DNA of 61,889 bases, filler included, from Pirum gemmata (Eukaryota), in assembly GCA_002812295.1 (NCBI GenBank). It is 21 parts of 21 records of this genome, joined end to end, with 100 filler letters (N's around TTAATTAATTAA, not from the genome) between each part and the next. Parts side by side here need not be neighbours in the genome. Positions count along the whole stretch, not along the records: positions 49,946 to 52,657 come from PDIN01004892.1; positions 52,758 to 56,249 come from PDIN01004893.1; positions 56,350 to 59,090 come from PDIN01004894.1; positions 59,191 to 61,889 come from PDIN01004895.1; 17 more parts are not named here. One strand, written 5' to 3'. The notes under the pieces were generated by a model. That model was not told where the DNA came from and searched no databases. It was given only the letters and a program-made list of their open reading frames with translations. Position 1 is the first letter of the stretch. Each line of letters starts with the position of its first letter. A program made the position numbers and the translations under genes. Shown in pieces: positions 50,042 through 61,889 of this stretch.

Positions 50042-50915
50042 GACGACAATATCAACAACAACAAAAAATTCAACTATGAGTTCTTTGATAAAAAACAAAA
50101 AATCTTCAATCACCCAACAATACAACAACAATACAATGAAATACCAACAAAAGAAAAAGCAACAATTATAACAGAAATATGTTCAAAATCCAAACCACTA
50201 GTAATACCTCCCAATAACTGGAATCTACAACTAGTCATGACTAACATTAGTATAAAAAATATAGAAGAAAACCTCAAAACAAAAACTTTTATTGAAAACA
50301 ATCTTAGTAACCTATGGAATATCGAACAAACAGAATGGAAAAAAATAATCACTAACCGAAGAATTAACACAAAACAACTACCGAAAATTTTAAAAAGCCA
50401 CATATGGATACTAACCCAAAGAAAACCAACAAAACAATGGACATCAAAAAAACAACCTTTTAAATGTCAATACTGCTCCAAAGAATTCCCACCAAAAGAT
50501 AAGCCACAAATTTTTGAACATAGACAAACATGCAACATTCGATTAGAACGGATAACACACACAAAAAATCTTTTAAACTTAACTCCCAATTCAAACGACA
50601 ACAGCAACAAAATACACAGCATTGACCATAATGCTATAATATTTGGAACAAAAGTTAAAAAACAATATCTGTACAACAAAAGAACAATACAACTGCTAAT
50701 CATAGACTATATATTATGGTACTATTATGAAACGTACAACAAAACAAAACCAAACAACAATCAAATTATTAACCTATACCAAAGTCTTATGAAGCAAATC
50801 AACAAATTAGAAATATAACCATACCTGTTAACCTTACTGTTCCTCCTTTTTATAAAGGAAAACAGGATTTTTTTAAATAAAATTTCTCTTTAGAAAAAAA
50901 AAAAAAAAAAAAAAA
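50042..50915 (+). mobile_element. 5'-truncated non-LTR retrotransposon 3' end (L1/Tx1-like) with poly(A)
   Basis: A-rich frame open from ~50042 to 50818 with CQYC...EHRQTC zinc-knuckle-like motif, IFG and ILW motifs, then a short 3' UTR and an A22 tail at 50894-50915. Confidence 0.72.
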
Positions 50916-51849
50916 CTTCTAGCACCTAGGTCTAGCACTGCAGTCTAGCCTCTAGCTAGCTAGCAGCAGCTCCAGCAGCTCCCCTAGCTAGACTAGCTAG
51001 CTAGGGGAGCTGCAGCCCCCCCAGCATGAATCTACTACTGGAATCTACTATGAATCTGCATCTAGCTAGGAATCTGCATGCTATAGGTCTAGAAGGGTCT
51101 AGCTAGAAGTGGTCTAGACTATCTGGATTCTGGATATCTAGCTAGCATTACGGAAGTATTAGACTCTGTAGTATTCATTCTGCTAATAAAAAAGAAAAAA
51201 AGAAAAAAAGAAAAGAAAAGAAAAATATAGTAAAAATATACTGCTAGCTAGACCCCAGAGCTAGACAGAGCTAGACCCTACTAGCTAGCTAGACCCAGTC
51301 TCTAGCTAGACTCTACTAGCTAGACCCCCAGCATTCAGCCTAGCTAGAGCATTCAGCCGCCCCAGCATTGAAGCAAGCAAGTATGCTAGCTAGCAAGTAT
51401 GATATAATATCGATGGTGGTCTAGGATAGTGGGTGGCTATTCTACTATTCTACCCTAGCTAGTGCTATGAACCCACTCCTAGCTAGGAACCCACTCAGTC
51501 ATTCTACCTAGCGTCTAGGTCATTCTAGACTACTCAAATCGAAAGAAAAAAATTTACAAATTTTTTGCTAGCTAGCTAGCAGCTAGTAGCTAGCAGCTCT
51601 AGCTAGCAGCTAGCAGTAGAGACTATATATTATGGTACTATTATGAAACGTACAACAAAACAAAACCAAACAATCAAATTATTAACCTATACCAAAGTCT
51701 TACGAGTCATAAAGTTTGCAAGCAAAGAGGCTCCACCTATCGTATACACCCTCGCCTTACTAGACTAGACTATCAAAGTATTATTTGTAAAAAAAAAAAA
51801 ATTATCAATCATCATCAACTGGTCTAAATATCTACTGTATGACTACAAA

Positions 51850-52110
51850 TGTCTTTTTTTCACACGTAGATGTGATTTTTGTAGACCTAGATTGAAGGAT
51901 TTTTTTTTCCCAAATTGCACTATTTTTTCAGATATGCATTTTTTACGCGTAGATGTAATTTTTTTGGACCTAGAATGAAGTAGAGTTTTTGCAGACTATT
52001 TTACCATTTTTTCAGACATGCCTTTTTTACACGTAGATGTAATTTTTTTGGACCTAGATGAAGAAGAATTTTTTTTCGTAATTTTAAATTTTTTCCAGAT
52101 GTGAGGTTTT
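51850..52110. repeat. Tandem repeat, 3 imperfect units
   Basis: cgtagatgt.attttt...gacctaga occurs three times. Confidence 0.75.
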
Positions 52111-52762
52111 CACTGAGAAATTGAATTTTAGAAAAGTGTAATGCGGGTTTACAGCAGCGGAATGATATTCTGAAGAAACAGTTGAATAACAAAAGAAGTA
52201 AGAAGAAATCAAAAAATCGCTCCCGAGAAAATTTTTTAAATTAAAAGAGCGTCAGTTTGGCACCAAGATGAAGTTGTGGGACGTTTTGGTTGTCTAGATT
52301 TTTTGGTAGATTTTTTGGTAGATTTTTCATAATAATCATCTTTTAACTAAAAAAGAACAACAATTATACTTAAATCAATTATTAGAATTAATTAAAGTAG
52401 TTATAAATCGTGACAAACATGATGATGATAATGACAAGCATGATGATGATAATAGTCAAAAGTATAAGAGGATCGACTTTAACGAAGACGAAATTAAGAG
52501 TATATACCCTAGTGCAAAGAAAGCTCGAAAACCCTCGAACACCTAAAACACACTCGAATAGCTCGTAAACTATATCGTAGTATATTAGGTTTGATAAATA
52601 ACATAGCTATTTTCTAAAACCAAATAATTTTTAGTGCTTATTATTATAAGCGCAAGGNNNNNNNNNNNNNNNNNNNNNNNNNNNNNNNNNNNNNNNNNNN
52701 NTTAATTAATTAANNNNNNNNNNNNNNNNNNNNNNNNNNNNNNNNNNNNNNNNNNNNATTAC

Positions 52763-55052
52763 CTTCAAGTCTTCCCTTGTGGAATGCCACCGCATCTTCT
52801 ATATGTTTTAAAAGTAAAACCATGCCCTCTTTGGCAAAGGTTATTTCTTTTTCGTTTTCGAATTCCAGGTAAGCTTGGAAACTACGCTCTAGGTCGTAGT
52901 ACAACTCATCTGTGAGCTTGTTTGGATTGCGGTTTTTCAAAGGAAAAATTTCATTTTTCTTTTTCTTTTTAATTCACAATGAATTTAACGTTTTGTATTT
53001 TTGATTATTAGTAGTGACAGAATAATTATAATAATATAAGCAATAATAGTAAATGATAATTAAACAAAAGCATTAAATCTCGTCAATGTTATATTCAATA
53101 ATAATCAATATGTCATCTTTATAACTTTATTTCACGGTATATACAATAAATCATATTTAGGGATTAGGAGTTTAGGTATTACAAATCATATAGCGAATTT
53201 ATTTTTTTCGTAGTTTAAAGAACATAAAACATTTCAACCCTAACTAACTCTAAATTAAACACTGATCGTTACTCTAAACTTACCCCTTACCCTAAATCTA
53301 ACACTCGACCTAGCCCAAACACTAACACTGACCCTAACTCTTAACTTGCCGCTTATTCTAAATCTAACCCTAGAATTAACCCTAACCCCAACCTTCACCC
53401 TAATTATAATGTTTTTAATTCTAATCTTACCGGGACCTGTTTTTCTGAAGGAAGAAAACTATTTTCTAACGAATCCAGTTCTTTTTCTGATATTGGAACA
53501 GACTCAAGTTCCACTGTCTGGGAAAACTTCTGTGGGAGCTCTTTCAGAATATTATTTAAATAACAATAATAAACGAAATCAAAAAAAATAAATAATGAAT
53601 AATATTAATATTAATAATAATGATGACGATAACATTAATAGTTATGATAATGATAATGACAATAATAAAGCAGATACTAGAATATTGCTTAAAAACAACT
53701 ACACATACAAATTAATTATGAAGCACAAAAAAACAAAACAAACAAAACAAACAAAACAAACAAAACAAACAAAACAAACAAAACAAACAAAACTAAACAA
53801 AACTAAACAAAACAAACAAATAAATAACCAAACAAATAAATAACCAAACAAACAAATAACCAAACAAATCAAATAAAAAAACCAAAATAATAATAAAATA
53901 AAATAAAAATAAACTATATGACAACCTTTAACTACAGGTCCTAGCAACTCTGATTCGTGTTTGTTTAATAAAGACCTATGAAATATACCATATTTTAAAA
54001 ATTGTTGTTTATAAAAACCCAATAAGCTAACGTGCTTCTTCAAGACCGGGATCCTTTTTTCACTGTCCTCGTCACCATTATTTTGATTATACTTAGACGA
54101 TAGGCACATTATTGCTGTTCTTTGGTTAAACACCAAGTCGCAAAGAACTCTTAACTCTACACTATGAGAGCTCAAATCATAAATATTTTGTAACTTTTCC
54201 ATTGCTTTATCAAAAATCGTATCTCTAATGTTAAAGCTCTGTCGTACGAGATGAATAGCTTGTTGATAACCAGGCTAGATTAATATATAGTGATTATATA
54301 TTTAATTGAATAAAGAATTGCATAAGGCTAAGGAATGTAGGTAGTGAAATAAGTAGAACCAATAACAGTTGAGCCACTAGTATTAGTAGCATTACTGTTG
54401 GTATGAGTACCAGTAATGACAGTAATAGTGTTAACAAAAGCAGAAGTAAAATTAGTATAGCGGGAATGATAATAAAATGATGATTATAATGATTATAAAT
54501 ATAATAAATGATAGATATTAAATAGTAAATATTAAATAGTAAAAAGTAAATATTAAATATTAAATATTAAATAATAAACAATAATAAATAATAAATAATA
54601 AATAATAAAGAATAAAGAATAAATAATAAATAATAAATAATAAATAATAAATAATAAAAATTATTCAATAATAATTAATAATTAATAATTTAAAATTTAT
54701 AATTTATAATTAACAAGTAATAATTAAAAAATAATAATTAACAAATAGTAAATAATAATTAACAAATAGTAAATAATAAATCATAAATAATAATAATAAA
54801 TAATAAATAATATAAATAATATAAATAATAAATAACAATCATAATAATCAAAATAAACAGTATGAAAACAATTCAACTCATTTTCAATTTATTGAACTTA
54901 CCACCAAATATTCAAAATTGTTATTCTTGATTTTTTCTTTCGAAGTTTGCATAAGGGGGTTATAATTACTATTCCAGTTATTGGAAGTGGCAGTGTAGAG
55001 GGCAGCCAGATGGAGTCTACTCAAAACCGAGCGTCCTTTGATGTTTGAAAAT
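52763..55052 (-). CDS. Exons of a giant DUF3638/DUF3645-type protein, N-terminal-side region (55052-54902, 54274-53926, 53540-53431, ~52958-52763)
   Basis: Phase-compatible GT-AG exons give SRLHLAALYTATS...|PGYQQAIHLVRQSF...IFPL...ELYYDLERSFQAY, resembling the RLQLAALYAATS...A..LVRQ.W and PFPL...EL..SW motifs recalled for this family. Confidence 0.65.
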
Positions 55053-55603
55053 CTATGTTGGGTTTTGTTCCAGGTTTGTTTTTTATGTTTTAATTTTCAC
55101 CTTTTTGGAGTTTCGGATTAAAAATATCTTCTTTTTTTAATTAAGATTACATTATATATCAAAACAAATAATAACCACACTCTAACCCTAACCCTAACCC
55201 AAAAATTAATAACCCTAACCACACATCCATTATTATTATTATTATTATTATTTTATTATTTTATTTCATTGTTATTATTATTACACTATTGCTATTATAT
55301 TATTATTATTATTCTATTATTATAATCCATTATTATTATGAATATTATTAAATTATTATTAATATTCTGATTATTATTATGATTATTATGATTATGATTA
55401 TGATTATGATTATTAGTATTAGTATTATTATTATTATTATGATTATNNNNNNNNNNNNNNNNNNNNNNNNNNNNNNNNNTTTTTTTTTAATTATTTTTAT
55501 AAAATAATTTTTTGATTTTAATTATTACTGTGTGAAAATTGTAAGTTTATTTTTAATTTTGTTTTAGTTTTTATCAAAATAGTTTTTTTTTGGAAGTGCA
55601 AAC

Positions 55604-56086
55604 CTGATCACTTTCATCAAGTATATTGAAATATTCTTCATTGGCGATATTCTGCAGCTGCTTTTCTGTTGAACATAAAAAAAAGCAAATCAATGATTAC
55701 TGGATTTATATAATACACATATATTTACTTATTAATGCTGATACCATCGTTATCAATTATCATCACATAGTTTGGTTTTTTGTATGTTACAAATAGTATA
55801 AATTAATAAATAGCAAACACTTTTTTTTGTTTTGAAGTGAATACTATTATGTTAGATATTTTTTTAACTGAATAAAAAATAAACAATGAATACTTGTTAC
55901 CGACCACAATTATTGCCTTGAATTTCCTTGTTATTTTTTTGGTTCAAATCGGCTTCGGTTGCTTTTAGTTTTAAAGATAAAATGGACTCTGGTGTAGTAA
56001 AAAGAAATCCCCCCTTGGTTTTCTTTGCATTTATTATCCAGTTTTCAATTTTAAACATGATTTTGGGGTTTGCTACATCAACCTCT
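55604..56086 (-). CDS. Exons of the DUF3638 P-loop-like core (56086-~55905, 55665-55604)
   Basis: GGFLFTTPESILSLKLK and FNILDESDQ match the DUF3638 GG.LL..PEH.LSL.LK and ILDESDE motifs. Confidence 0.7.
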
Positions 56087-56533
56087 CTAAAATAAAAACA
56101 TGCAAATAGGTAAATACTCGCATAGAATATATATATATATGCATGCATGTATGTATTTAAAATTTTCAAGTTCAAGGCTTTAAAGTTTTCCAGTGCTTAA
56201 AAGTAAGTTCTTTTAAGCTAAAGGAAAGATTATTCATTGGTGAGGGCGGNNNNNNNNNNNNNNNNNNNNNNNNNNNNNNNNNNNNNNNNNNNNTTAATTA
56301 ATTAANNNNNNNNNNNNNNNNNNNNNNNNNNNNNNNNNNNNNNNNNNNNATCCTGACTTTAAACAAATCAGAATGTAACTTGTATTTTAAAATATGAAAA
56401 TATTACGTAAAAAGTTATACCTATTACGTAAAAAGTTTAAATATTACGTAATAATAATGTCATGTTTTTTTAAAAAACATTCTTTTTTATTGAATTCCTA
56501 ACCTTTTCCAGTAAGGGTGAGATGAGATATCTC

Positions 56534-56691
56534 AGTAGGGGTGAGATATCTACTGGTTCCATGTTCCTTACTAATAATAGCAGTTAAATAACTTAAAATA
56601 GTAAATCTAATTATAGTAGATACCAAATAAAGTAATAATATTAACATTAATAGTAATAAAAACCATAANATGACGTCATCTCACCCCTACT
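56534..56691. mobile_element. MITE family E copy with 8-bp TSD GATATCTC
   Basis: TIR AGTAGGGGTGAGAT/ATCTCACCCCTACT; direct repeat at 56526-56533 and 56692-56699. Confidence 0.85.
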
Positions 56692-57361
56692 GATATCTCA
56701 AGATTTTTTTCTTTTTGAAGTCCTTGGATAGACTATCTACATATTATTATATCTACTGGAACTTTTTTCGAATTGATTTAAAAATGTCAAATTAAATATT
56801 ATAACCCTCCAAATAAATATTCGGAGTGACAAAATAAATGAAAGGCACGATATATAAAAAAAAGTTAGGGATAATAATAATTTTTAACTAATCGTTGTAT
56901 TGATATATAAAAAAGTCAGGGAAAGTCAGGGATTGTTCAATCCGTTTTCAAGTATCGCTTTCAATTATCCTATTTTAGCCTTTATTATAGGGTTAGGGTT
57001 AGGGTTAGGGTTAGGGTTAGGGATAGGGTCAGGGTTAGGGTTAGGGTTAGGGTTAGGGTTAGGGTTGCAGTCTAGCATTTTCCATTTTTTCGGGTTTATA
57101 AATAAATTGTGGGTCATTTTAAATATCGACTTTTATCACGAAAATCAGCGGCAGGAATCTCCGACTGAGATCCTGACCACAAAACTACTATCAATTACTA
57201 CTTAGTATACGTAGTAGTATCTGATACTACTACTACTATAGCTACTACTATAGCTACTACTATAGCTACTATTACTACTACTACTCTATGAAAATGGGTA
57301 AAAATTCAAACCTACCCCAAAAAATAAAAAGGCCGATCCTCTTAATTGTCCTGTTTTTCTT

Positions 57362-57469
57362 GTATGGGGGAAACGTCCAACTTTTGGGTTCCAGTAGGAT
57401 TTTCAGTATTCGAACATAAGTATTAATATTAATAAAGTAATAGGTATTTAATAGATTTGAAATTTTAGA

Positions 57470-57505
<36 letters not shown>

Positions 57506-58230
57506 TGTCTTCTAAATAATTTATTGTAATGTTGCTTAATTTGTTTAATTTGTTGTTGTTGTTGTTGCTGGAGCTGTCGTCGTTGCTGTTCAATTTGTTG
57601 TTGTTGTTGCTGCTGTTTGCTGGAGCTGTTCAACAATTTGTTTAATCAATTTGTTGTTTTGTTGTTTTTGTTGTTTTTGTTGTTCAATTTGTTGTTTTCG
57701 TTCTTCAATTGCTTTTTCAACATTTTGTTGTCCTTGCTGGATCTGTTCAATTTGTTGTTGTTGTTTTCGTCGTTGCTGTTGATTTTGTTGTTGTTGTTGT
57801 TGTTGCTGTTCATTTTGTTGTTGTTGTTGTTGATGTTGCTGGAGCAGTTCAATAATTTTGTTTAATTTTTTGTTTTTGTTCAATTTTTTGTTCAATTTTT
57901 TATTCCAAAAATTGTTCAATTTGTTGTTGTTGTTGCTGGAGCTGTACAATTTGTTGTTGTTGTTTTTGTCGTTGCTGTTCAATTTGTTGTTGTTGTTGTT
58001 GTTGCTGTTGGTTTTTTAATTAGTAAAAAAAAATTAATTAATTAATTAAAACACATCGTTTTTAGATTGTTTATATGCCATATGTAAACCCAAAATTTTG
58101 ATATATATGGTGTTTTTTTTTTTTATGTTCGAAAATTTCAAAGCTATTTATTAAATACCTATTACATTACTTATGTTTGTAAACCGAATAATCTATAGAA
58201 ACCCAAAAAGTTGGACGTTTTTCATCATAC
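57362..58230. mobile_element. Long (~110-bp) degenerate inverted repeats enclosing a decayed Gln-rich coding-like segment
   Basis: aaacgtccaacttttgggtt...aacataagta...aataggtatttaata is mirrored at 58125-58230. Confidence 0.6.
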
Positions 58231-58252
58231 TTTTTATTTTTATTTTTTATTA

Positions 58253-58437
58253 TAGTGCTTTTCATTTATTTTGACACTCTGAATATTTATTTGGCTGTTT
58301 ATAATATTTAAATTGTAACTTTTAAATAAACATATACATAATAAAATATACCAAATTAAGTAAAACGGATTTATAATGTATTAATTTGGTACTATTTATT
58401 GTATATTTTATGACGACAAAATAACTGAAAAACACGA
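58253..58437. mobile_element. MITE family A copy (TA TSD)
   Basis: TA|TAGTGCTTTTCA ... TGAAAAACACGA|TA. Confidence 0.9.
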
Positions 58438-59245
58438 TATTATTTGCTTTGTAAGTTTGTCTTCAGTTTTTCTTATATAATATAATTAATTAATTTTATT
58501 TTCGACAAGGGGAAAGAATCAGTAGGTGCTTCAACATCTATTCGAAAAGCACCATCTCGCATGATTTTTAAGGGATGATGACCCATAGTCATTGATGACA
58601 TATGATTTTTATCACGAGAAAATTTTAAGATTGCTTCGGAAAACCTTTTTGCTTCTTTGTCATCGTTTTCATGCAGTTCTTTAGCTTGAACATCACCAAC
58701 CAATTCTCGTCTTTGTGTGTACAGTGTAGTACGACCTTGGTTTATCAGGAGTAATTTCTAAATTAGTTAAAAATCCACCTGAACTTGGAAGTACTGGACC
58801 AAGGGACAGTACAAGGAATAAAATACAGCTTACCAAATTAACATTAATTCGTTCCTTTTTAGTTATTTATTTGTTAATATAAGGAATACCATTGTACGTT
58901 TTTGAACTTTTGAAGGTACCCGATTAATAATACAAGGGGTATTTATTATTATTATTATCTCACTCAGTATCTTATCTATCTATCTATCTATCTATCTATT
59001 AAGCTTTTCCTTTTTAAAGATTTTGTCACTCCAAATATTTATTTGGTTGGTTATGATATTTAAATTGACTTTTTTAAATGAATAAATAAANNNNNNNNNN
59101 NNNNNNNNNNNNNNNNNNNNNNNNNNNNNNNNNNTTAATTAATTAANNNNNNNNNNNNNNNNNNNNNNNNNNNNNNNNNNNNNNNNNNNNATAATTAGGA
59201 TCGAGCTGTTTGATTCGATTATGTTTTCCCGTATATCATTTCAGT

Positions 59246-59482
59246 TTAATAACGTATATCACGATGCATTAAACTTATTGTCAAAGCTTCTTTTCTCTGT
59301 TTTCTAGTTAAACCTGGATTTTCATTTATAAATTCACCATAAGACTTAGCAGCCAATTTTCTTTGTTTTTCAGTTAATAATGAATTTTCTTTTACTTCAG
59401 TTTGATTGATTTCTTGCTCTAACTCTTCTGACACTTTTTCTGTTAATTGTTTTAAATTTTCCATGGCACTGAAACTTAATCC
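59246..59482 (-). CDS. Possible terminal exon of a charged/coiled-coil protein
   Basis: cttag acceptor, then a non-repetitive open frame (MENLKQLTEKVSEELEQE...) to a stop. A possible upstream exon lies at ~60366-60462. Confidence 0.35.
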   Translation of the reverse strand, partial: GLSFSAMENLKQLTEKVSEELEQEINQTEVKENSLLTEKQRKLAAKSYGEFINENPGLTRKQRKEALTISLMHRDIRY

Positions 59483-59487
59483 CTAAG

Positions 59488-59537
<50 letters not shown>

Positions 59538-60824
59538 TTGTTATTTAAACCTAAGTGGAAGACTGTGGAAGTCATAGTTATTTGAATATATATTGATATT
59601 ATCGATAATATTATCGTGTTTTTTCAATAGTGTTTGTTGTTCAGTTCAAAAACTGAAATAAACATACCAAATTATTGTTTTGTTTAAACTATCAGAGATG
59701 TTTTAATTAATTTGGTGTTTTATACTTAATGTTGTATTTCATAAACAAGTTCAATTATACACTTAAACAGTACCAAATTAAAGATTGAGAAGTCAAATGT
59801 AATGAAATATCTAGTTGCTTAAAATAGTAGTACTTTACAAATACGGTCGTTAAGTAATAATCTATATCTCTTAATGGTTACAATATTTCTAAATTTGTTA
59901 GTATTTTTCAATTTTGTATGGAATTAACAATTTGTAACACTTCTGTATTACTTTGCCTTCACTCTGACTTTATAGTGGTACCTACCCCCCCCCCCCACCG
60001 ACACAGCCTAGCTAGCTAGGTAAAAGAGAAATCTAGGTGTTTGAAGCCAAATTCAGACTTCTGTCAATTCTGCTTTGTTAAAAAACATCGAGTTTTCGAG
60101 CCTATGCATTAATTAAATAAGTTCGAAAATTTTAAGCAAACAGTTAAGTATTCAAGCATATTTATTTATTTATAAACCCGAAAAAATGGAAAAATAATTT
60201 TCGAACAGGGCTGAATTTCGGCTTTTTTTTTCGACACTTCTATTTTTTAGTCTATTTTTCCTTTTTTTCTATTTTTTTTTTTTTTTTTTTTTATTTTTTT
60301 TTTCCTTTTTTTTTTTTTTTTTTTTTTTTTTGTTCAATAAAATTTATAAATTTTCTATTTTTAACCAATAACGTGAGGGTTTCTTTTTCTTCATATTTAG
60401 AGATGCCTTTCTCCAATTTTTCATGGAGTCTTTTGCTTTCTTTGTATTGATAATTGGGCATTCTAAAATTAAAAAATAAATAGTTTTAAAAATAGCAAAT
60501 AGTCAAATTGTATCTATTTAATAATGTATAATAATAATTTGACACTATCAAAAATATTATTATAACTATGATTTGGAAAAATATCTAAGATAGTCTACAA
60601 AATAGTTGATACAATGTTTTAGAAGATGTTTTAGACTACCAACTATGGTCATACTAAACAAACTACGATGCTATCTATTATTACCAGCTATGAACTTATG
60701 AAGACTTTATGAAACCTTAGGATGATATCGATTATGATAGTAGTCTAGCTAGTAGACCGAAAAAAACATGAGCCCTCAGACTCAGTACCCTTATTGCCCT
60801 TATTTATTGCTATACTATTGCTAT

Positions 60825-61003
60825 AGGAGGGATGAGATGACGTCATCTTACTAATTGGATGCTCGGACCGGCGAACTTCCAGAAATTTGCCTAAAGTTAC
60901 TACTTAAATAAGTAGCTACTAAATAAATAATTACAAATACTAAAAATGGTAAGGGGAAACAGGCGAACAAAAAAAGTTCGCCATAAGAGTTCTCACCCCT
61001 CCT
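60825..61003. mobile_element. Family E-related MITE (TIR AGGAGGG.TGAGA) with 8-bp TSD ATTGCTAT
   Basis: Direct repeat at 60817-60824 and 61004-61011; a partial sister copy starts at ~24884. Confidence 0.8.
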
Positions 61004-61072
61004 ATTGCTATAGTCTAGACCCACTCTAGCTAGACCTACTTATTAAAGAATAAATCACATTTTTATACAGTC

Positions 61073-61257
61073 TAGCTATTTCAGTTGTTTTGTCATCATA
61101 AAATATACAATAAATAGTACCAAATTAATATGATATAAATCCATTTAATTTAATTTGGTATATTTTATTATCTATATATATTGATTTAAAAATGCCAATT
61201 TAAAGATTATAACCCTCCAAATAAATATTCAGAGTGACAAAATAAATGAAAAGCATT
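61073..61257. mobile_element. MITE family A copy
   Basis: Near-consensus internal sequence with eroded ends. Confidence 0.85.
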
Positions 61258-61773
61258 CATTTTTTAAAAAAAAAACACTACTATAGTACTACTATCATAA
61301 TATTATATCATATTTATAAATGACGTCACCTCATCTTACCTATGCCTTTTTTCCCAAAACACTTTTGGTCATAATTTTAAAGTTCATTTTATTAATTAAT
61401 TACTGCCTAAAACAGTTTAAGTCACACTTTCGAACAATATTGACTTGTATCAAAGAATAAGGGACGTTATGTATAAATGCTGGTAGACTATTCACTTTTT
61501 ACTCTATATAGCTTCTTATAGAACTTCTTATAGTCACTTTTTAGATATTTTTATATTGATATAGTCTACAATAATAATATTATAATATAGCTGATAATAG
61601 GATAATATAAAAATTATTATTAGCTCTATATCCAGCTGGCTATATCAACATTATCAAGTCTATATCACTACTAGTAGACTATCGATAATATATCGTAGAA
61701 TTATTAGATAGTTTAGTAATTAGTTCAAGTTTATCTTATAGCACTTCAAGAGCCCTTGTATTATATTATTATC

Positions 61774-61889
61774 AGTAGGGGTGAGATATCTACTGGAACT
61801 TTTTTCGAACAGATGCTTATCGAGCCAACCTTAGTTCCGTGTTTTACTAATAATAGTAGTTTAATAGCTTAAAATAGTAAATATAATTA
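61774..61889. mobile_element. MITE family E copy, truncated by the window end
   Basis: AGTAGGGGTGAGATATCTACTGGAACTTTTTTCG matches the reverse complement of the 15868 end. Confidence 0.85.

Noticed and set aside
50029..50927. Possible TSD around the LINE fragment (acttcgagc vs acttctagc)
   Set aside because: Short and mismatched, and the 5' boundary is uncertain.
57880..57910. TAA where CAA is expected in a Gln repeat, suggesting a TAA=Gln code
   Set aside because: The FAD oxidase and Myc-like genes end at TAA right after their C-terminal domains, long poly-Q tracts use only CAA/CAG, and this segment also has frameshifts.
58473..58830. Minus-strand coding-like segment with a possible 21-nt intron
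   Set aside because: Splicing does not restore a continuous frame and no motif was recognised; at best a decayed fragment.

Overview
Very AT-rich eukaryotic genomic DNA. The window is not contiguous: about 21 small (~2.7-3.9 kb) contigs/scaffolds are joined by artificial 100-nt linkers (N44-TTAATTAATTAA-N44), so adjacency across linkers is meaningless. Recognisable coding content: an ankyrin-repeat protein, an intronless secreted BBE-like FAD oxidase, spliced EF-hand exons, a His-rich LIV-1/ZIP-like ectodomain, a Myc-like bHLH-ZIP, a four-TM orphan, a lactonase-like propeller exon, exons of a DUF3638-type giant protein and several orphan exons. Also present are a decayed Penelope-like element and the 3' end of an L1-like LINE. 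Non-coding DNA is packed with microsatellites, interstitial (TTAGGG)n and at least seven MITE-like families. The most striking signal is long arrays that parse as TA-(1-5 nt)-TA units (TAGCTA, TAGACTA, TATCGATA, TATCATA, TACCGGTA). The inserts match the termini of resident TA-flanked MITEs, and paralogous copies differ by exactly such units, which suggests serial transposon-excision footprints. The gene mix suggests a unicellular opisthokont, possibly holozoan (inference only). All family assignments are from motif recognition by eye; no searches were run.
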